From a virus (lineage: Duplodnaviria > Caudoviricetes): 64,000 nucleotides of DNA. The notes beneath the pieces were generated by a model that saw only the letters and a program-made list of their open reading frames with translations, ran no database searches and was not told where the DNA came from. The stretch is from positions 160,001 through 224,000 of the IMG/VR virus record IMGVR_UViG_3300023283_000076; one strand, written 5' to 3'. The first letter of the stretch is position 1. Every line of letters starts with the position of its first letter. The translations under genes and the position numbers were made by a program. Below, in pieces: positions 41,701 through 54,115 of the stretch.

Positions 41701-44700
41701 GCGGGCGTATATATAATCTATCGAGTTTCTCCACTCCCACTCGTTATGGCCATTTTGGCCAAATAAAAAGCTTGCATTTGGAGTCTTTATAAATTCTTGT
41801 TCAGATTTATCAAATATTGGTTTGAATCTTGGATCGGATGATAATGAACCATCCCAATATGGTGGTATTATTTGATCCGGGAGCACTCCAGCAATATTAT
41901 CATTTGTTATGTTTATCGGGACGTGTGAATATGCATATGCCGCTTCATTAGAGGCCCCTGTTGATGTAGTGCCGTTTGGGAGTGTTTCTCCAGAAGGTAT
42001 TATACCAGAAAGTATATTATCCCACATTGAACGATCCCATTTTGCAACTGAAGAATCGTCTAGGTTTATATATTTTTCATCCCACCAATCAGGTTTATTT
42101 TTATAACCCTGCATTCTCCACGGCTCCATATGTGGATATGGTGTATTGAATAATTTTTCATATATGGCCTGCCAAGAGCCCCTAGATTCAGTTGGGCCCT
42201 GTCCTATTATTGGATTGTTTTCAATTAGCGTAAGTGTATAGTTCCACGTGAATGCATCCGCGCTATCAAATATATCGTTTTCCAATGCATTATTATTGCA
42301 AAAATAGTTTAAAAATTCTTTCCTTTCTAGTTCTGAGAAATTGTCCAATTCTATGACTGAGTCAATATCATATTGCCGATCTACTGTTTCTGCTATTTTT
42401 TTTGAAACTTCATATAATTTAGTTTCTATTTCTATTATGTAGTCGCCTATTATTTTTTCTAGGTCTACAAACTTCCATGATGAATCTTCTAAAGAATATA
42501 AATCAACTGTTTGTTTTACGGAATTTCCTCGTATTAAAAAGTCTCCGTCAGAGAAGTTAGATGAATCCGGGAAAGGATCATCTAATGAAGTTATTTTTTG
42601 TTGTGTATCTGTTAATGCTCTGAATGCAACTAACTTTTCTTCCAATTTTGGTTTTATAATGCTTCTATGGCCGTCATGGTGTAAAATAGCCCAATTGTCT
42701 CTTACTTTATATAATTGAGGTTCATAGAAGTTAGTTAATCGTATTACACTGGATGTTGCAATTACATTTTTTATACCAACACCAGCGAAAAACGAAGATG
42801 AATCTCCAAAAATTCTATCTAATCTAAAATCATTATTAATGTAACTGAGTATATTATCAGATGTAATATTCTCTTCTAATATTTGGGGCAGGGTATCCAT
42901 GATTCGATTCATAACAGAAAATAATATGTTTCTGTATTGTTTGCCCGCAAATTCTATAACGTCATTTATGCTTACGTTTCCAGATGTTAGTGTTGATATC
43001 AATAAATCCCAATTTTCATTATGTTCTTTTATTGTCCCGCCTATCCCTTCGTTAGGGTACTCTAATGCATGATATATGTTTTGTGGTTCTCCTATTAACA
43101 TGGGATCACTTTGGGCAAGTTCTATTGTTCTATAATGCCGGAAGATGTCTACTAGACTGGTCTCTTTTTTTAAATCGTGTTCTATGTTATAAAACCACGG
43201 ATTTGGCATATCCCAATCTGGTCCAATTTTTTGTGGAACATATTGTTCATTATTTCGACCTCTCCTCCATATAGATTTGACGATTCCATCTGTTAAATCT
43301 TTATAACATAACAATCTTCCGTTATTTTCCATTAATCCGTGTTCAAATACAAAATCACTTGCATTTCTTTTTGTTTCCAATCTTCTAAACACATAATTGT
43401 TTATTATTGCATCGTTAGATTCCTTAAACCAAAATATTGGATTTGATTTTTGCAATGCATTTCCAAAAATATCATACAATTTAAATTGAGGATATTGGTT
43501 CGTTTTAGTTTTTTTCTGTTCTACTCGACGATCATCTGATATATTATATGCATCTATACCATAGTCCGTTAAAACATCTACATCCTTTTTACCGACATCT
43601 TCTTTAAAATATTCTCCCAGTTCAACTCTTATACGATCACTTGGGCCTACTACTATGTCATTGTCTAATATTATATGTGTAGTATATTTTCCATTTACAC
43701 TTCCTTCGTTAAACCTGTCAAATATTCTTTCACCATTAATATATAATCTTAAATCGCCTTCTTGAAAATCTTCAAAGAGGCATATATTATGTAATGTGGG
43801 ATCAAATTCAATTCTTAACCCGGCATATTCGTTGGTAGGGTTAAATTCTTGGAAATTTAACCCTACTATACTTTCAAATTCTTCGCCTACTGAATTAATT
43901 GCAGTATATGAATTTGTTTTTCCTAATAGCATTGGGTTTATTTCTTTGTCTACGCTACTAGGTGTTATATTTTTTACTCCGTTGAATATCCAGTGATCAT
44001 GATTCGGATCATATATGTCACCTTTACTGGTAAGTCTAGGATGTATTAAGGCCCCTACAGGAGAATCTGATAGATTTAGAAATGAGCTAAGTACTCTAAT
44101 TTCAGTTACGTATCTCTTATTTGGTGCTGGCTGTATAAATTTTACTTCATCAACGGCATACGTTCCAGTATTATTAGAAAAACCAGAAAATACAATTATA
44201 TCACCCGGTTTAATATGTGGTTCCATATTACCATATTTTTCAGGTAATCTAAATGTATTAGGACCTACATATTCTAATACATTATCGCTATCTAATTCTA
44301 TATTAGATATTTCAAATAAGTTAGGATCTTGTTCTACTTTTATATGTGAAGCATCTACCGCAGGTGAATATTCCCAATCATATGTAAAATTAGAAAACTC
44401 AGATAATTCCAAATATGACTCGTATTCTATAATAGGCATCGCTGCTTGGCGACTTAGTGATAAAGTGCTTAATTGGTTTTTATGTGCCCAACTATTGCTT
44501 TTTTGCCAATCATTTGTATGTATATTGGATACTTTCTCGGTTGAGTTTAATAAAGTTGAAAAAGATAATCCTTTATTAACCCATTCACCTTGAATATATT
44601 GCTTTAATATATCATTAACAAGATCAAACCAAACATCGTTTTCTTCTGGTGTTTCGTTTTTTTCTAGTGTGCTATCTTTGAAGATGGTAAACTCTTGATC

Positions 44701-45942
44701 AGTATCAGTGAAAAAATTAATGGAATTGTTTAATGTAACGCTGTTATTCGTATAAGAACTTATATCATAAGTACCTGAATTTGGGCCTGTTTTTATGTTT
44801 ATTTTATAATCAATATTTGGTATTAACAAGGTATTTAAATTAATACCATTTATTGTTATGGTAGAAGAACCTAATGTTGTTTCACCTGTACCTGATATTA
44901 TTTCATTCTTATTGGTCCATATAGTTTTTCCTATTGTAAAGACATCAATCTCTTCAGGTAACACTGTTTTTGAAGGGTTTTTCAACGCTAGATATTTTTG
45001 AAACTCTGTTGTAATAGTTGGATGTAACGAAAGCTTTGAATAATTAAAATTATTCAAGGGTTCTGTAAACGTTATTGTTAATAAATTAGTTTCAGGTTCC
45101 CAGAATACATTTTCTACAGTAAAAAATTCTTGAACGTCATTCTCTGTTGAGTATAAACTGACTATATATCCACTAGGAATGTTTTGTAAATTTGGGCCAC
45201 TTATTGTTACTGAGTTTGGTGTAATTGAATTTAATGAATAATCGAGTTTTATATATTCAAACGTGTTCGAGAATTCTGGTTCTGTTCCATTTTCAAGTTC
45301 AACTAACGTTAGCCCGGATTTTCTTACCAATGTTCGAGTATTTTTATTGGTATCAATCACAACGAAGAGGCCATCGTCTTCGTTATTGATTATGGTATAT
45401 ATTGAGCTAGTAATAGTAGGGTTTTGAACCATACCAAAAACGGATTGGAGAAGTTTTTCAAGCCGTCCTTTGGAGTTTACTTTTTCGTTTTTTATCGTGA
45501 TGTAGTCTGGTGTTGTCTTTTGATCCGTCCAATAATAGTCTTGGAAGTTTATTATTTTGTCTATATCTATAGGGGGATAAAAATTAAACTGTAGTGTTTT
45601 GCCCCATTCATTAAACTTATCTACATCTATCCCTTCGTTTTCGAGAATTCTCATGAATTGTTCAAAGGTTAAAAATTCTGATTCGTTACCAATATCTTTT
45701 TTTAATACAGGTTGAAGTTGATTTTTTTCTAAAAATTCTCGATCTTCGGGGAGTTTATTTACTACAGCATCTTCAGAGTCTTCTCCAACGAACCCATTTA
45801 CATTTTCAAAATCTCTTTTAGTGAAAAATCTATTGAATATATTATCTGATATTCCTTCTAATATATCAGTTCTAATATGCTCTGGTAGTAGGGTTGTAGC
45901 GTCAACTACTCTTCCCTTTTTGTAATCATTATTCCTAGACAT
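35752..45942 (-). CDS. Giant virion structural (baseplate/tail) protein, 3396 aa, with C-terminal IPT and PT repeats
   Basis: Uninterrupted 10-kb ORF directly after the baseplate wedge gene; late promoter. Confidence 0.75.
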   Translation of the reverse strand: MSRNNDYKKGRVVDATTLLPEHIRTDILEGISDNIFNRFFTKRDFENVNGFVGEDSEDAVVNKLPEDREFLEKNQLQPVLKKDIGNESEFLTFEQFMRILENEGIDVDKFNEWGKTLQFNFYPPIDIDKIINFQDYYWTDQKTTPDYITIKNEKVNSKGRLEKLLQSVFGMVQNPTITSSIYTIINNEDDGLFVVIDTNKNTRTLVRKSGLTLVELENGTEPEFSNTFEYIKLDYSLNSITPNSVTISGPNLQNIPSGYIVSLYSTENDVQEFFTVENVFWEPETNLLTITFTEPLNNFNYSKLSLHPTITTEFQKYLALKNPSKTVLPEEIDVFTIGKTIWTNKNEIISGTGETTLGSSTITINGINLNTLLIPNIDYKINIKTGPNSGTYDISSYTNNSVTLNNSINFFTDTDQEFTIFKDSTLEKNETPEENDVWFDLVNDILKQYIQGEWVNKGLSFSTLLNSTEKVSNIHTNDWQKSNSWAHKNQLSTLSLSRQAAMPIIEYESYLELSEFSNFTYDWEYSPAVDASHIKVEQDPNLFEISNIELDSDNVLEYVGPNTFRLPEKYGNMEPHIKPGDIIVFSGFSNNTGTYAVDEVKFIQPAPNKRYVTEIRVLSSFLNLSDSPVGALIHPRLTSKGDIYDPNHDHWIFNGVKNITPSSVDKEINPMLLGKTNSYTAINSVGEEFESIVGLNFQEFNPTNEYAGLRIEFDPTLHNICLFEDFQEGDLRLYINGERIFDRFNEGSVNGKYTTHIILDNDIVVGPSDRIRVELGEYFKEDVGKKDVDVLTDYGIDAYNISDDRRVEQKKTKTNQYPQFKLYDIFGNALQKSNPIFWFKESNDAIINNYVFRRLETKRNASDFVFEHGLMENNGRLLCYKDLTDGIVKSIWRRGRNNEQYVPQKIGPDWDMPNPWFYNIEHDLKKETSLVDIFRHYRTIELAQSDPMLIGEPQNIYHALEYPNEGIGGTIKEHNENWDLLISTLTSGNVSINDVIEFAGKQYRNILFSVMNRIMDTLPQILEENITSDNILSYINNDFRLDRIFGDSSSFFAGVGIKNVIATSSVIRLTNFYEPQLYKVRDNWAILHHDGHRSIIKPKLEEKLVAFRALTDTQQKITSLDDPFPDSSNFSDGDFLIRGNSVKQTVDLYSLEDSSWKFVDLEKIIGDYIIEIETKLYEVSKKIAETVDRQYDIDSVIELDNFSELERKEFLNYFCNNNALENDIFDSADAFTWNYTLTLIENNPIIGQGPTESRGSWQAIYEKLFNTPYPHMEPWRMQGYKNKPDWWDEKYINLDDSSVAKWDRSMWDNILSGIIPSGETLPNGTTSTGASNEAAYAYSHVPINITNDNIAGVLPDQIIPPYWDGSLSSDPRFKPIFDKSEQEFIKTPNASFLFGQNGHNEWEWRNSIDYIYARIKIAYKLDPLKFFNKAYGNQFQYVDCLLVDKKTEKVLSHKNTTFHGEIREGSPYISHGLQQWLVHYNRFNEKDGASSLYRNIWKNWEPRLSYLFNTFINDTTLRVQGDTIDITDKDFSVDILKDTTKISNLFASIKASIRKIPSRFSDSIYDSKNWVFELESQTPKKVKTLETFHPQNYEFRQLSDSEFGISSYKIEDASISNTRGFWRATYSDPLSLDTISNLTSTYQATIEVDGQTSTTVTIVGNAQTPPTINKILQSLNEQLSGASASIESGSIIIESDNTNVDTSTSSINVSSDTLFTNIQTGFFSDTGTTSLEFDNIFFLKGNQTRYFKIGDTIEIINSENFNGEFTIESVAFSRDDAKTIIRVEEDRGLSSETVDGVIIPQNAITLPWDTGQEVYLDTDGTLPGALDKEKPYYLIKIDDFTFKLANTQANAIDNKELINLSTGAGCFWVGNLARTFKPLGGDPDIPFRHYEPDTRKIHEYTGNITISRLQNLVDFILGYNDYLEYTGILSENERQDNVDEETGRGNSWQVELEKYLSWANKLLLTSINATPSIKVEVDRNSNAFKPQTNIIFGTGDKVSINDVAGENGTVPDELNFPFNSFIPYYIIITNSGNIQLAFTERDALNGKNIPFNTGNGIIEISVFRKNKKFPNRILNPYKIQFSVEHENGLLESFVETNNSNVFQNNSLYDSELKHLDLEDVLLYRKDTKSKIALTENTNKVIAGGSTSLIDVSHICNFDPYSTGDKLIYDSFLGIATPRIFLEFIKPTEKTGRPSVGGLVLNNNSLIDSIEKSIEDIRYYYDPYKSIETDKTSIEAKKSVGYQGPNQFMFDLGIDEKSQFIFWKSFIQNKGTNKSLTAFTGHRLLENVNIDEYWAYRLCEFGDSERKSYPEIKLKTDDVIKRELRLEFAPPTGGVIIRNAIPIRLNDVERWNNLPDVIRLMNPHNGYFFDAKEQEIILNAENLAELTQFQRGTGNKSIKLNKPAYGAIVTYTIDGTEKNASEGISFRFINSRILEFIDEDFDDWENIKVVTLTYAYEEENPLRLIETKKPEKVLKEIPIWNPALDQHNPLGEFPIDIDRPDDPAKYTNDLNESRVKKNYWHSKETGTIWLDTSRQFYKPYFDEDIFLTEDERSLVWGQLEEFGDVKLYKWIQTTLSPTEYIEQAEEDENRRIELSEKVTGNPRRIVYKNIGTTEEPIWQEETITVSKFPVAGYDNTNDTSMFSSGDSLNVYVNGEFLRSIEYDNASALEVMIDNDITSGDIQQKDMLTLVREPHEPTQEELENEEYVIIYPHTKVKSFNTNSLEEEYIYFYWVSDMRSEKLLQNTSLTLFDAERAYKSMSEPFAIIHGFRNEGTGYGVLFGSTYDPEDNTLPTRFSACTIKGLNRTVKDDNNYILRLTKDYTLRDRLNKKDLKLSNKHWSWKLTRRKQSGKIDLLLWKKVIEAATEKTVINNDFDLDTESSLPSESRIRFDTLIEGATSRIGLYNGRVLMDKPEIMKLTMEVLLDPSRQWERVDIEEFIDSFDLDRIEGIRDFYKSIYEIFSAVEVNDIFFELLERSVSLNQKHPDIFKTSWVSVDVSNRVELNTPTLEDIIQVFPSEIDCGEILPSPTPSVSVTPTPTPSVSTSVTPTPTPSISISVTPTPTPSVSISVTPTPSPTQSSGFTPTPTPSQGSGFTPTPTPSVISLSSISPTSGDEAGGTDVTITGENFDTGRSATVRFDNVLATNITIVSDTEITCTTPAGTGIVDVVVTQNGIADTLVGAFEFTTSESVTPTPSVSESATPTPTPTISDSVTPTPTPSVSESVTPTPTPSISESATPIPTPSTSDSATPTPTPSVSDSTTPTPTPTPTPSVSESVTPTPTPSVSESATPTPTPSISDSVTPTPTPSVSESVTPTPTPSISESATPTPTPSVSESATPTPTPSISESATPTPTPSVSESVTPTPTPSISESATPTPTPTPTPSNLNDVSTIFITWEN
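35790..36385 (-). repeat. Long (PTPTPS[VI]S[ED]S[AV]T)n mucin-like repeat, about 16 copies
   Basis: Visible in translation and DNA; boundaries approximate. Confidence 0.92.
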
Positions 45943-45966
45943 TGATTTCTTTTAAAGTTGTAAAGA

Positions 45967-45974
45967 TATTTATA
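45967..45974 (-). promoter_or_regulatory. Late promoter TATAAATA
   Basis: Exact motif 25 nt upstream of 45942. Confidence 0.75.
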
Positions 45975-46008
45975 AAGAGTTCAATGGTTGGTTTTTTCTA
46001 AACAAAGA

Positions 46009-48939
46009 TTATAATCGTTGTTTTATTGTTTTGGAATCTAATCTTTGAACCATTTCTATATCATCCACGCTGATGCTGGGTTGAATTATTTCATCTTCCC
46101 TCGCGATTATTTGAAATAGGTCTCCAAAATTATTATCTGGTGACTTTGGGACTAATACGACAGATTCAATTTCTGAAGACAATTCATTGTGTATGGCAGA
46201 GGCTAATTCGGTAAAATAAAATGGTTGGCCAAAGTTCCATGCTGTTATGTCAAAAAATCTGTTAACAACAGATACTATATCGTTTTTTATTCTGTTATTA
46301 CTAGATACACTATTAGGTGATTTAACGACTTTGAGTGTGGCCTGTAATTCTCTTTGTGCTTTTGGTCCAATAATTGGTTTTATTTTTCCTGAATGTAAAA
46401 GTAACGTATCAGATATCATTTTACTCTCAATAAGTTCTCCGAAGGAAGATTTCAGTTCAAACGAAGATGGAGGTATGGGTTCATTCTCTATTCTTCCGTT
46501 TAACCAATCTCTTACATTATTATAATATCCTCTAGTTACAATAAACGAGTCTATTATATTACTAGCAGCCGGATCGATCAAATAATATCGTGGTGTTCTA
46601 TGTAACCATAGAAAATTAAGACCCTCTACGCCTTGTTCTCTTTTCCATAAACGATCTTCTTTGGGTTTGCTTTGTTCGTTTTGCCAATCTTCAATAATCC
46701 CATCTCTAAATGGCACAAATTTCCATGGAGCATTGCTGTCTTCTCTAAAAAAGTATACATAGGACGTATCAGTTAACATATAATCTAATGAAATTGCGTC
46801 CGGTATCCCATTTTCGTTTTCATCTGTGGGTAGAATACTTAAACTATTAAAATCACATATTCCTTTATCTATACCTTTATCTAGTGTTTTTCCACTAATC
46901 ACAAAAAAGTTTTTATTTTCGGAAAGAGGATTTCCGTCAGCGCCGATATTTGCTTTCAACACTACAATGTTATCTTTATTAGAATTTAATGTATCAAAGG
47001 TTATAACTCGTTCCTCTTCATTAGTAGAAGTAAATATTATTTCTTCGCTATGTGCGGTTAGGTCCTTGGTCTTAAAGGTAACAATCCAACTACTATCTGA
47101 TTGAGATTCTATAGCTATATCCCATTCATCTGGTTCTGAAGCAATCTGAAAGCTCCATCTGTTATCTTCTTGGTTATTTTGTATGTTTAAATTAAGATAT
47201 ACTGTATTAGGAGTTGATGTTATTACATTGTTTAGTGCAGACGCAAATTCTAATAGTTCTACTTCCGTAAAGTTAAAGCGTATGAATTCTGGAGCTACAC
47301 CATCAAGTATCATAGAATTATAAAAGTCTTGTCTTCTGAATATAGGTTCTATATGATTAAATATTATGGCGTTTGTTAATGGAACATTTAATCCTCCGTC
47401 TTCTGCAGGCAAATCATCTGCAAGTATGTTAAATGTTTTTTCTTCTGTTTCAAAAAATAAAACAAGATCGTTACCGAAAAGTTTCACATTTTCATAGTAT
47501 TCTTTCGGATCATGCCAGCCTATGAATTTAGAATCTCCTGCAAATGTTCTATTTACTGCTCTTAGCTTCAATATACTATTATTTTGAAGCATAAACTCAT
47601 TATAGTCTCTTCCATTAACCATTCTATCCTGTGTATAATAAACAGAAGGTGCGACTTCTCGTATACGTTCTACCGATTCTGTTGGGGCGGAATTTTGTAT
47701 AGGTGAGAATAAACTAAAAGTAAAAGAAAATGATTCTATACGACCATCTTCACCATTGTACGAAAAATCCCCAGATTTATTTTGTATAGAACTCCTTGGA
47801 ACAAAGAGAGATGAATCTTCACTATCAAATTCTGTTACTCTATACCATGTGTCAAATTTTCCTGATGGTATATTAGCAAAATTTCCATCGCCAAATAAAA
47901 GTCTAACACCATCATTTGCTAAGGTCTCTATTTCATACTTGTTTCTATTTGGGGATGTATTAAATAATATATTTTGAGAATTTGCTACATCAACCTCTTG
48001 CCATTCTCCTTCTCTGGGTTCATTATACCTTTCTCCACCAGATATTACTTCATTAGTTTCACTGTCTATGTTATTTAACCATACATCAGTTTCATTAATT
48101 GAGGTTGCATCTATAACTCTTTCTTGGTTTGGTAATATTCCGTCAAACTCGAATGTTTGTCGCTGTAAGTTTCCTTGTTTTGTTAGAAAAAAGAACCCGG
48201 TATTATTAGATGAGTCTCCCAATCCGTCACTTGCATATAGTATATTTAATTTTTGATTCCTTTCTGGTCTTTTTTCTTGAGGACCAAACTCAGTCAAATC
48301 AGAGCTTACTAATTCCATACTATGCGTGACATTAGAAACAGTTACGTTATATTGTATGGTTTCGCTCTGTAATGGATTATTTGTTAATGTATAAAGTTCA
48401 AATAATACATCTTGTACTTGTACTCTATCAGATGGTAAAACGGTTCCAAATTTCTGTTCCATAACCTTTTCCATGACCAATATGAACTGTTCTTTCCAAT
48501 CATCATTGTTAGGATCATTCCAAAATATGGTTTTATTAGTTAGATTATTTCCTTTACTATCAAAAACAGTTTCTGTAGTGCTTATAGATGTTATTTTTAC
48601 GAGACCTCTAGCAGGTATTAATCTAGATGGGTTATATGATATGTATTTTGCTAACCTTAACACTGATTCTTTTCTTTCTGCAGTAGATAAGAAGTTTTCA
48701 TGCGTATTAAGGTCTATTCTATATGCTAATAGTTCTCCCAGATACGAAAACAGTTCTATTATGGCTATCATATCTGAAGTTTCAATATAATCATTGAAAT
48801 CTTCTGGATAGTATAATTTAAGATAATCAACCATAGATTGTTTTATGGTTTCATAATCCCACGCCTTAAAATTTATTTCCTGAAAGGCATCATATGCTCT
48901 TTCCCAGTTTTCCGCTATGTTAGGTTGTCTTTTATCCAT
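46009..48939 (-). CDS. Baseplate wedge protein (gp6-like)
   Basis: DYETIKQSMVDYL..DFND..IELFSYLG..NTHENFLSTAERKESVLRLAK; ESVERIR..APS.Y.TQDRMV..DY. Confidence 0.9.
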   Translation of the reverse strand: MDKRQPNIAENWERAYDAFQEINFKAWDYETIKQSMVDYLKLYYPEDFNDYIETSDMIAIIELFSYLGELLAYRIDLNTHENFLSTAERKESVLRLAKYISYNPSRLIPARGLVKITSISTTETVFDSKGNNLTNKTIFWNDPNNDDWKEQFILVMEKVMEQKFGTVLPSDRVQVQDVLFELYTLTNNPLQSETIQYNVTVSNVTHSMELVSSDLTEFGPQEKRPERNQKLNILYASDGLGDSSNNTGFFFLTKQGNLQRQTFEFDGILPNQERVIDATSINETDVWLNNIDSETNEVISGGERYNEPREGEWQEVDVANSQNILFNTSPNRNKYEIETLANDGVRLLFGDGNFANIPSGKFDTWYRVTEFDSEDSSLFVPRSSIQNKSGDFSYNGEDGRIESFSFTFSLFSPIQNSAPTESVERIREVAPSVYYTQDRMVNGRDYNEFMLQNNSILKLRAVNRTFAGDSKFIGWHDPKEYYENVKLFGNDLVLFFETEEKTFNILADDLPAEDGGLNVPLTNAIIFNHIEPIFRRQDFYNSMILDGVAPEFIRFNFTEVELLEFASALNNVITSTPNTVYLNLNIQNNQEDNRWSFQIASEPDEWDIAIESQSDSSWIVTFKTKDLTAHSEEIIFTSTNEEERVITFDTLNSNKDNIVVLKANIGADGNPLSENKNFFVISGKTLDKGIDKGICDFNSLSILPTDENENGIPDAISLDYMLTDTSYVYFFREDSNAPWKFVPFRDGIIEDWQNEQSKPKEDRLWKREQGVEGLNFLWLHRTPRYYLIDPAASNIIDSFIVTRGYYNNVRDWLNGRIENEPIPPSSFELKSSFGELIESKMISDTLLLHSGKIKPIIGPKAQRELQATLKVVKSPNSVSSNNRIKNDIVSVVNRFFDITAWNFGQPFYFTELASAIHNELSSEIESVVLVPKSPDNNFGDLFQIIAREDEIIQPSISVDDIEMVQRLDSKTIKQRL

Positions 48940-48943
48940 TTAA

Positions 48944-49318
48944 TCATCCAAAAAAATCTAGTCGTATGTCTAATGTATCATTGAAATTTAGTTCTACATA
49001 AAGAAATTCTATTCGTATATTTACCGTTTTGGCATCTGGTTCTGGTTCTATTGAAAAATTTATTGGTTCTATTCTTGGATCGAAATTTACAATTTCTATG
49101 ACATCTTCCTCTATTATTGATAATGTTTCTTCATCTAAGGGTTCAAATAATAAATCCGGTATTCTAGAACCAAAACGGGGCATCATTACTCTCTCACCGC
49201 GTCGTGTAAAAATAAAATTTAATAAATCCTGTTTTACTAAATCAGAATCTTTAAGCATTATGCTTTTGTTATTTTTATATTGGTTAAAGGATATTCCTTT
49301 GTAAAAAATCTGGTCCAT
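48944..49318 (-). CDS. Baseplate wedge subunit (gp25-like)
   Basis: LVKQDLLNFIFTRRGERVMMPRFGSRIPDLLFEP..DPR. Confidence 0.92.
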   Translation of the reverse strand: MDQIFYKGISFNQYKNNKSIMLKDSDLVKQDLLNFIFTRRGERVMMPRFGSRIPDLLFEPLDEETLSIIEEDVIEIVNFDPRIEPINFSIEPEPDAKTVNIRIEFLYVELNFNDTLDIRLDFFG

Positions 49319-49346
49319 TAAATTTATATATTTTGTAGGTCAATTA

Positions 49347-49354
49347 TATTTATA
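49347..49354 (-). promoter_or_regulatory. Late promoter TATAAATA
   Basis: Exact motif 29 nt upstream of 49318. Confidence 0.7.
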
Positions 49355-49360
49355 TAATTT

Positions 49361-49699
49361 TTACCTTCTCCAAAGCGGGCCTCTTTCTATAGTTTCGTCA
49401 CCTTCAACTCTCCCTATGGGTTCTGCGGTTTGTCTACTCTCTTTGTTCGTATACTGATCTATCCAATCTACATTGTTTTTATAACCATCACTCTCTTGAT
49501 CAACGGTATCCCCTCCGTCTATTTTAAGCACTCTAGGCCACGGTTCATGCATTGGAACTCTATTAGTCCAAGGAGATATTTCGGATAGAGAAACTTTGGA
49601 TTTTTCTGCTAAAGGAGGTTGTACAGATTGAAAACGTGGGGCAAAGTTTTCAAATTCCTGTACTACGTCTTCGTTTATTGTCCATTCATTGGTATTCAT
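49361..49699 (-). CDS. Small protein carrying RVPxHEPW, recalled as a gp5 C-terminal motif
   Basis: RVPMHEPWPR; ATGA overlap with the gp5-like gene. Confidence 0.55.
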   Translation of the reverse strand: MNTNEWTINEDVVQEFENFAPRFQSVQPPLAEKSKVSLSEISPWTNRVPMHEPWPRVLKIDGGDTVDQESDGYKNNVDWIDQYTNKESRQTAEPIGRVEGDETIERGPLWRR

Positions 49700-52233
49700 G
49701 TTAATCCATCTAATCCTTGCGAGTATCCTTGATATATAGAAGCGGTGTCTGTTAATTGACTATAGTCAAATGCATTTACTGCACTTGGATCTTCTTGTAC
49801 CAGTTTATTTAAACTATCTATTGTCCTAGAGTGGTCATTTAATTCATTTTCGAGTTCTGTGACCGGTTCAACTTCTTCAAATCCTACATTTGTATTGTGT
49901 GAATCCGCTAAGCTGTTGAATTCTGCTACATTATCCCGCAGATTGCCTATTTCTGCAGTATATCTGGCAATTTCTTGTCCATTGTCTGTTACTGTTATAC
50001 TTGCCAAATTTGACAAAGAGAAGTTAATTTCGTCGACCACTCCCTTTATTTGTCCTATTGAAGAGTCAAACGCAGCCTCTCCGGTTGCCAACGCTGAGGA
50101 GAAGCTGTTTAACGAGAGATCTAACTTATCTTTATGTCTATCTGCCCAATCTTTAAAGTTGTCCAATGTCCATCCGCCCAAATCTATGTTTATCGCTCCG
50201 AACATGTTTGTGGGAAGAGGGTTAAAGTTACTTATTTCTAATGGGTCTGCAATATTTATACAGAAATCAAAATCAAACTCTGGAAGATCAATGGCCGGGA
50301 ATCTAAATGATGGAGGACGAGGAAATGATGGAAGAGCGGGTATTGTAAAACCATCCGGAAGTGGTACTAACCAACTATCAACCATTCCTTGTAATCTATC
50401 CTGAACAGTGAAAACCAAATCGTTTACATTTGTTTCCAGTTGTTCCAATCCTTTGTTGATATCTGAAACTCTTGTATCAAGTTTTCCGGTTATGTCACTT
50501 ATACCACCTTGTACTTTCATGAATACATCTTCTACTGCATCCATGTTTATACCAACAGGGTCAAATGAGACATTTACACCTCCGTCTATTCTAAGACATT
50601 GACTTGATATGGGTTGACCGTCAATTGCCGGTTCACCGTCGATAACTTCAAACCCGTTATATACTTGTTGTGCAATTTCTTTAGTACTTTGCATAACCGC
50701 TTGTCCCACAGTAAATATATTGATTGCTGGGTTTCTCATTGTTATTTGATTTTGTCCCTCGTTAGATTTAAGTTTCATGTTTTTCTCTATAGCCTCTAAC
50801 GTCATATCACCTTCAAATGATTTCAGTGTCATTTCTAGTTGTGATCCAATATCTACCTTTCCAGTATAAGAGTATATTTCAGTGTCATTAACCGCTTGAA
50901 TTATATTGTCATCACCAGAAAATATCGATGTATCGCCCGAAACATTGTGATAATAATCCCCATCTATAGATATATTATAATTGCCATCGTTTACAATGAA
51001 GTCCACACCTGATTCTACTTGTGTTTTTAAACTATCTCCTATGCTTATAAATGAATTTTTTCCGATTTCTGCAAAAGAATCTTCTTTGATTAAACTTCGA
51101 AAATTCTTTTCTACCATTAAATGTGTATCTCCTGTAGAGTGAAATCGGATTTCACCATCTTCGGGTTTTCCTTCATCTAACTCTACCTGTTTTTTGGTGT
51201 CTCCCGAGTACATGTATATACCCTTTTTAGCTTTAACGCGAAAGGATTCATCAGTAGAAAAATTTATATCCTTTTCAGCATGCACGGATATTCGTCGTTT
51301 GGAATATACATCTATATTTCCATTACTGTCAAATTCTACAACATTGTTTCCTTCGTTTGTAGAAAGATATATTCTTTCATTTGTGTCATCAAATATTAAT
51401 TGGTGGCCAGTAGCAGAACGTATTCTTATCCTGTTATTATATGCTCGATCATCCATGGAGATTGCATGGAAGCCCGGGGTTGACCATCCATATACTTTAG
51501 AGGATAAAAAAGACCCAAGTGCTTTATTAGACGACCAATCATACCCATGAGCACCCAGAATATCCTTTACCCATTCATCACTTTCTTCTTCTGATATTCC
51601 TTCATATTGTTCATCTAAATATTCTTCTAGATTTTCTGCTGGTATGGGGCCATCTTCTGGTATCGCACATGCCTGATACTCTGCCTGTCTTGTTTTCCAT
51701 TCTCTAGATTCTCTATTATTCTCAAATGCTTTACCTGCATTTGTATAATATGGCTCTATGGGGTTGCATTTTGATGATAGTGGACCATCTGGTTCTCCAT
51801 TGCCGTCCCATTTGTATCTTCCATGTAATAGAGTATGAGTTTCTTGATGACTGGGTATACATCCAAGCCAAACTCGTCGTCTTTCATCACCATCTATTTT
51901 TGCGACAAGTACCACTGCACCTTGTTCTGGTACTCCCCAAAAACCATATGATACAGCCCCTCCAGTTTTTTCTGGTCCCTTTCCTGCACCTCTAGTAAAT
52001 TCTGAGTTGGAAATTGTTCCGGCCAATGGGGATGCACATACAGCCCACGGGAGGTGATGCAATTTCTTGGGACTATCATTTAAATTGGGACAATATACCC
52101 TAAGACGTCCGTTTTGTAATGGATCGTCCGTATCTACCACAACACCTACAGTTATTGAATCATGTGCAATGGTTCCTCTGCCGACATCAAGTTGTTCGTT
52201 TACTATTTTTAATAAAGTTGTTGAATCTAACAT
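49696..52233 (-). CDS. Baseplate hub/spike protein (gp5/VgrG-like OB fold, no lysozyme domain seen)
   Basis: GVVVDTDDPLQNGRLRVYCP..LPWA..GFWGVPEQGAVVLV; RIRSATGHQLIFDDTNERIY. Confidence 0.85.
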   Translation of the reverse strand: MLDSTTLLKIVNEQLDVGRGTIAHDSITVGVVVDTDDPLQNGRLRVYCPNLNDSPKKLHHLPWAVCASPLAGTISNSEFTRGAGKGPEKTGGAVSYGFWGVPEQGAVVLVAKIDGDERRRVWLGCIPSHQETHTLLHGRYKWDGNGEPDGPLSSKCNPIEPYYTNAGKAFENNRESREWKTRQAEYQACAIPEDGPIPAENLEEYLDEQYEGISEEESDEWVKDILGAHGYDWSSNKALGSFLSSKVYGWSTPGFHAISMDDRAYNNRIRIRSATGHQLIFDDTNERIYLSTNEGNNVVEFDSNGNIDVYSKRRISVHAEKDINFSTDESFRVKAKKGIYMYSGDTKKQVELDEGKPEDGEIRFHSTGDTHLMVEKNFRSLIKEDSFAEIGKNSFISIGDSLKTQVESGVDFIVNDGNYNISIDGDYYHNVSGDTSIFSGDDNIIQAVNDTEIYSYTGKVDIGSQLEMTLKSFEGDMTLEAIEKNMKLKSNEGQNQITMRNPAINIFTVGQAVMQSTKEIAQQVYNGFEVIDGEPAIDGQPISSQCLRIDGGVNVSFDPVGINMDAVEDVFMKVQGGISDITGKLDTRVSDINKGLEQLETNVNDLVFTVQDRLQGMVDSWLVPLPDGFTIPALPSFPRPPSFRFPAIDLPEFDFDFCINIADPLEISNFNPLPTNMFGAINIDLGGWTLDNFKDWADRHKDKLDLSLNSFSSALATGEAAFDSSIGQIKGVVDEINFSLSNLASITVTDNGQEIARYTAEIGNLRDNVAEFNSLADSHNTNVGFEEVEPVTELENELNDHSRTIDSLNKLVQEDPSAVNAFDYSQLTDTASIYQGYSQGLDGLT

Positions 52234-52237
52234 GTTA

Positions 52238-54115
52238 TTATACCAATACGTCCGTTCTTAATAAGAAAAGCTTTTGAAAAAAAGATCCAGCTTTTATTAC
52301 ATTCTCTATTTTATATATGTGCATCCATTCACTATGATAAAATGCACTTTCTACTGTTGAGTCAGTATCTTCTATTGGGTTGTGTTTAATAATTACTTTA
52401 GCATATATAGGAAGAACCTCTGGCTTTTCATAGTATATTGCATTACCGGGATCTCCAGCGGCTGCATCTCTAGGGGATCTAAATATATCCGATAACAAAT
52501 TCGGGTTCCCTCGTATAGTTATTTCCAGTGAGGATTGTTGTGTATTTTGTACAGGATATTTTATTTTTATATTGTCTGCTAATTCTCTTGGATATTCTAC
52601 TCCAAGAGTTTTAATATTTAACACATTTGCACGATTTCCACTATAACCCGCTTTGAAGAAGTTGATATTAGGTTCTCTTTCTGCACTTATTTCTTCTCGC
52701 TCTGCACCAAAAGAAAGTCTTCCGGCTTCCGTATCTATTACGTCTTCAATTACCAACAGAGAATCAGATCTACGTAATATTCCATTCACTGTCATAATGT
52801 CGTCACGATTTATCATGTTTCCATCTTCTGAAGATTCGCCTGTTTCTGAATTGGCCGACTGGGCCGATTGATCAGCGTTTCCGGCTCCTTTGAAGAAAAA
52901 TGTCAAGGGATCTTTCGATGATTCAGCAGCATCTCCACTGTTAAATCCATCTACTTTATTTATCGGCAAAAAATAGCTTTTTACCCATATATCATATTTA
53001 ACTTCATTGAGCAGTCGTCTCCATGTTAATCCAACTTTATAATCTCTCCGGGCACCGTTTCCACCTGCGCCGCCCCTAGCTTCTACACCAACCTGTTTAG
53101 AATACTCCATCATTCGATCTACTGTATCTTGTATATTTTCTCCATAGCGTGTCGGTATTGCCCGTACACCGGGAAGATTTTGTCTTTGTTCTGGTTGTTC
53201 AAACGGAAGGTTTCTATTATTGATTAAAAACGGTTCAAATACATCATCTAAATGCATTATATATTCTATGGGCAATTCTTCTGCTTTTATTTGTATGGGA
53301 TCTTTGATTTTATCAGTAAAATCTTCACGTATTATACCTTGCCAGTGTTGATACTGTTTATCATGCAATTTATTATTTTCGTTTAGTTCCAGTTCTAATG
53401 CTTCAAACGCTTGTTTAAGATTTTCCATTGGTTTACTTTTTTCTATTCGTTCAAGTCGTTTGCTTTCTTTTTCAGAATCTTCATCCTTCCTAGGTTTTAT
53501 AGAACCTTCGCTTGGATCGGCTTCCGGGATTTCATCATGTAACGCACCATCTTTATGTGTGATTGTCGTATTATATATTCTAGTAAAATTTGTATAATGT
53601 GCTTTTGCGTTATATAATGGAACTATATCTGCAATATAAAAATGCATATTCCCTGTTAGTTTGTGTTCTATTTGGGATATAGAAAAGAAGAGTCTATTCG
53701 GTGATATTATGTCATCTTCGTCATTATCGGGTATGAAAAATAATTTCATGGAAAATGTTATATTTTCTAGAGAGGTGTCTAGTTTCTCTAATATCTCTGT
53801 TTTTAAAAATGTTAAAAACTCACCAGCAGTAGTGTCCGTTATGATTAAATTGCCGCCAGAGCTTGTAGTGTTTATATGTTCTCCCACCCAATTAAAATCG
53901 AATCTAAAATCCTTCACTAAAAATCTGCTAGGTGCGATTCTTTCCCTTATAGAATCGTTAATCATAACAATACCGGGTCCCGCAGGCGCACCCTCGGGGC
54001 CATCTCCTAAAGATAAGTCTCGTTGTTCTGCCTCGTCGGTTCTTTTAAATGCCGCTATTACATAATATGTGGTATAACTATTGGGGGATTCTAATGGATT
54101 TACTGGTAACGACAT
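52238..54115 (-). CDS. Putative baseplate hub protein (gp27-like position)
   Basis: NPLESPNSYTTYY start; ITIRGNP near the C-terminus; synteny. Confidence 0.55.
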   Translation of the reverse strand: MSLPVNPLESPNSYTTYYVIAAFKRTDEAEQRDLSLGDGPEGAPAGPGIVMINDSIRERIAPSRFLVKDFRFDFNWVGEHINTTSSGGNLIITDTTAGEFLTFLKTEILEKLDTSLENITFSMKLFFIPDNDEDDIISPNRLFFSISQIEHKLTGNMHFYIADIVPLYNAKAHYTNFTRIYNTTITHKDGALHDEIPEADPSEGSIKPRKDEDSEKESKRLERIEKSKPMENLKQAFEALELELNENNKLHDKQYQHWQGIIREDFTDKIKDPIQIKAEELPIEYIMHLDDVFEPFLINNRNLPFEQPEQRQNLPGVRAIPTRYGENIQDTVDRMMEYSKQVGVEARGGAGGNGARRDYKVGLTWRRLLNEVKYDIWVKSYFLPINKVDGFNSGDAAESSKDPLTFFFKGAGNADQSAQSANSETGESSEDGNMINRDDIMTVNGILRRSDSLLVIEDVIDTEAGRLSFGAEREEISAEREPNINFFKAGYSGNRANVLNIKTLGVEYPRELADNIKIKYPVQNTQQSSLEITIRGNPNLLSDIFRSPRDAAAGDPGNAIYYEKPEVLPIYAKVIIKHNPIEDTDSTVESAFYHSEWMHIYKIENVIKAGSFFQKLFLLRTDVLV

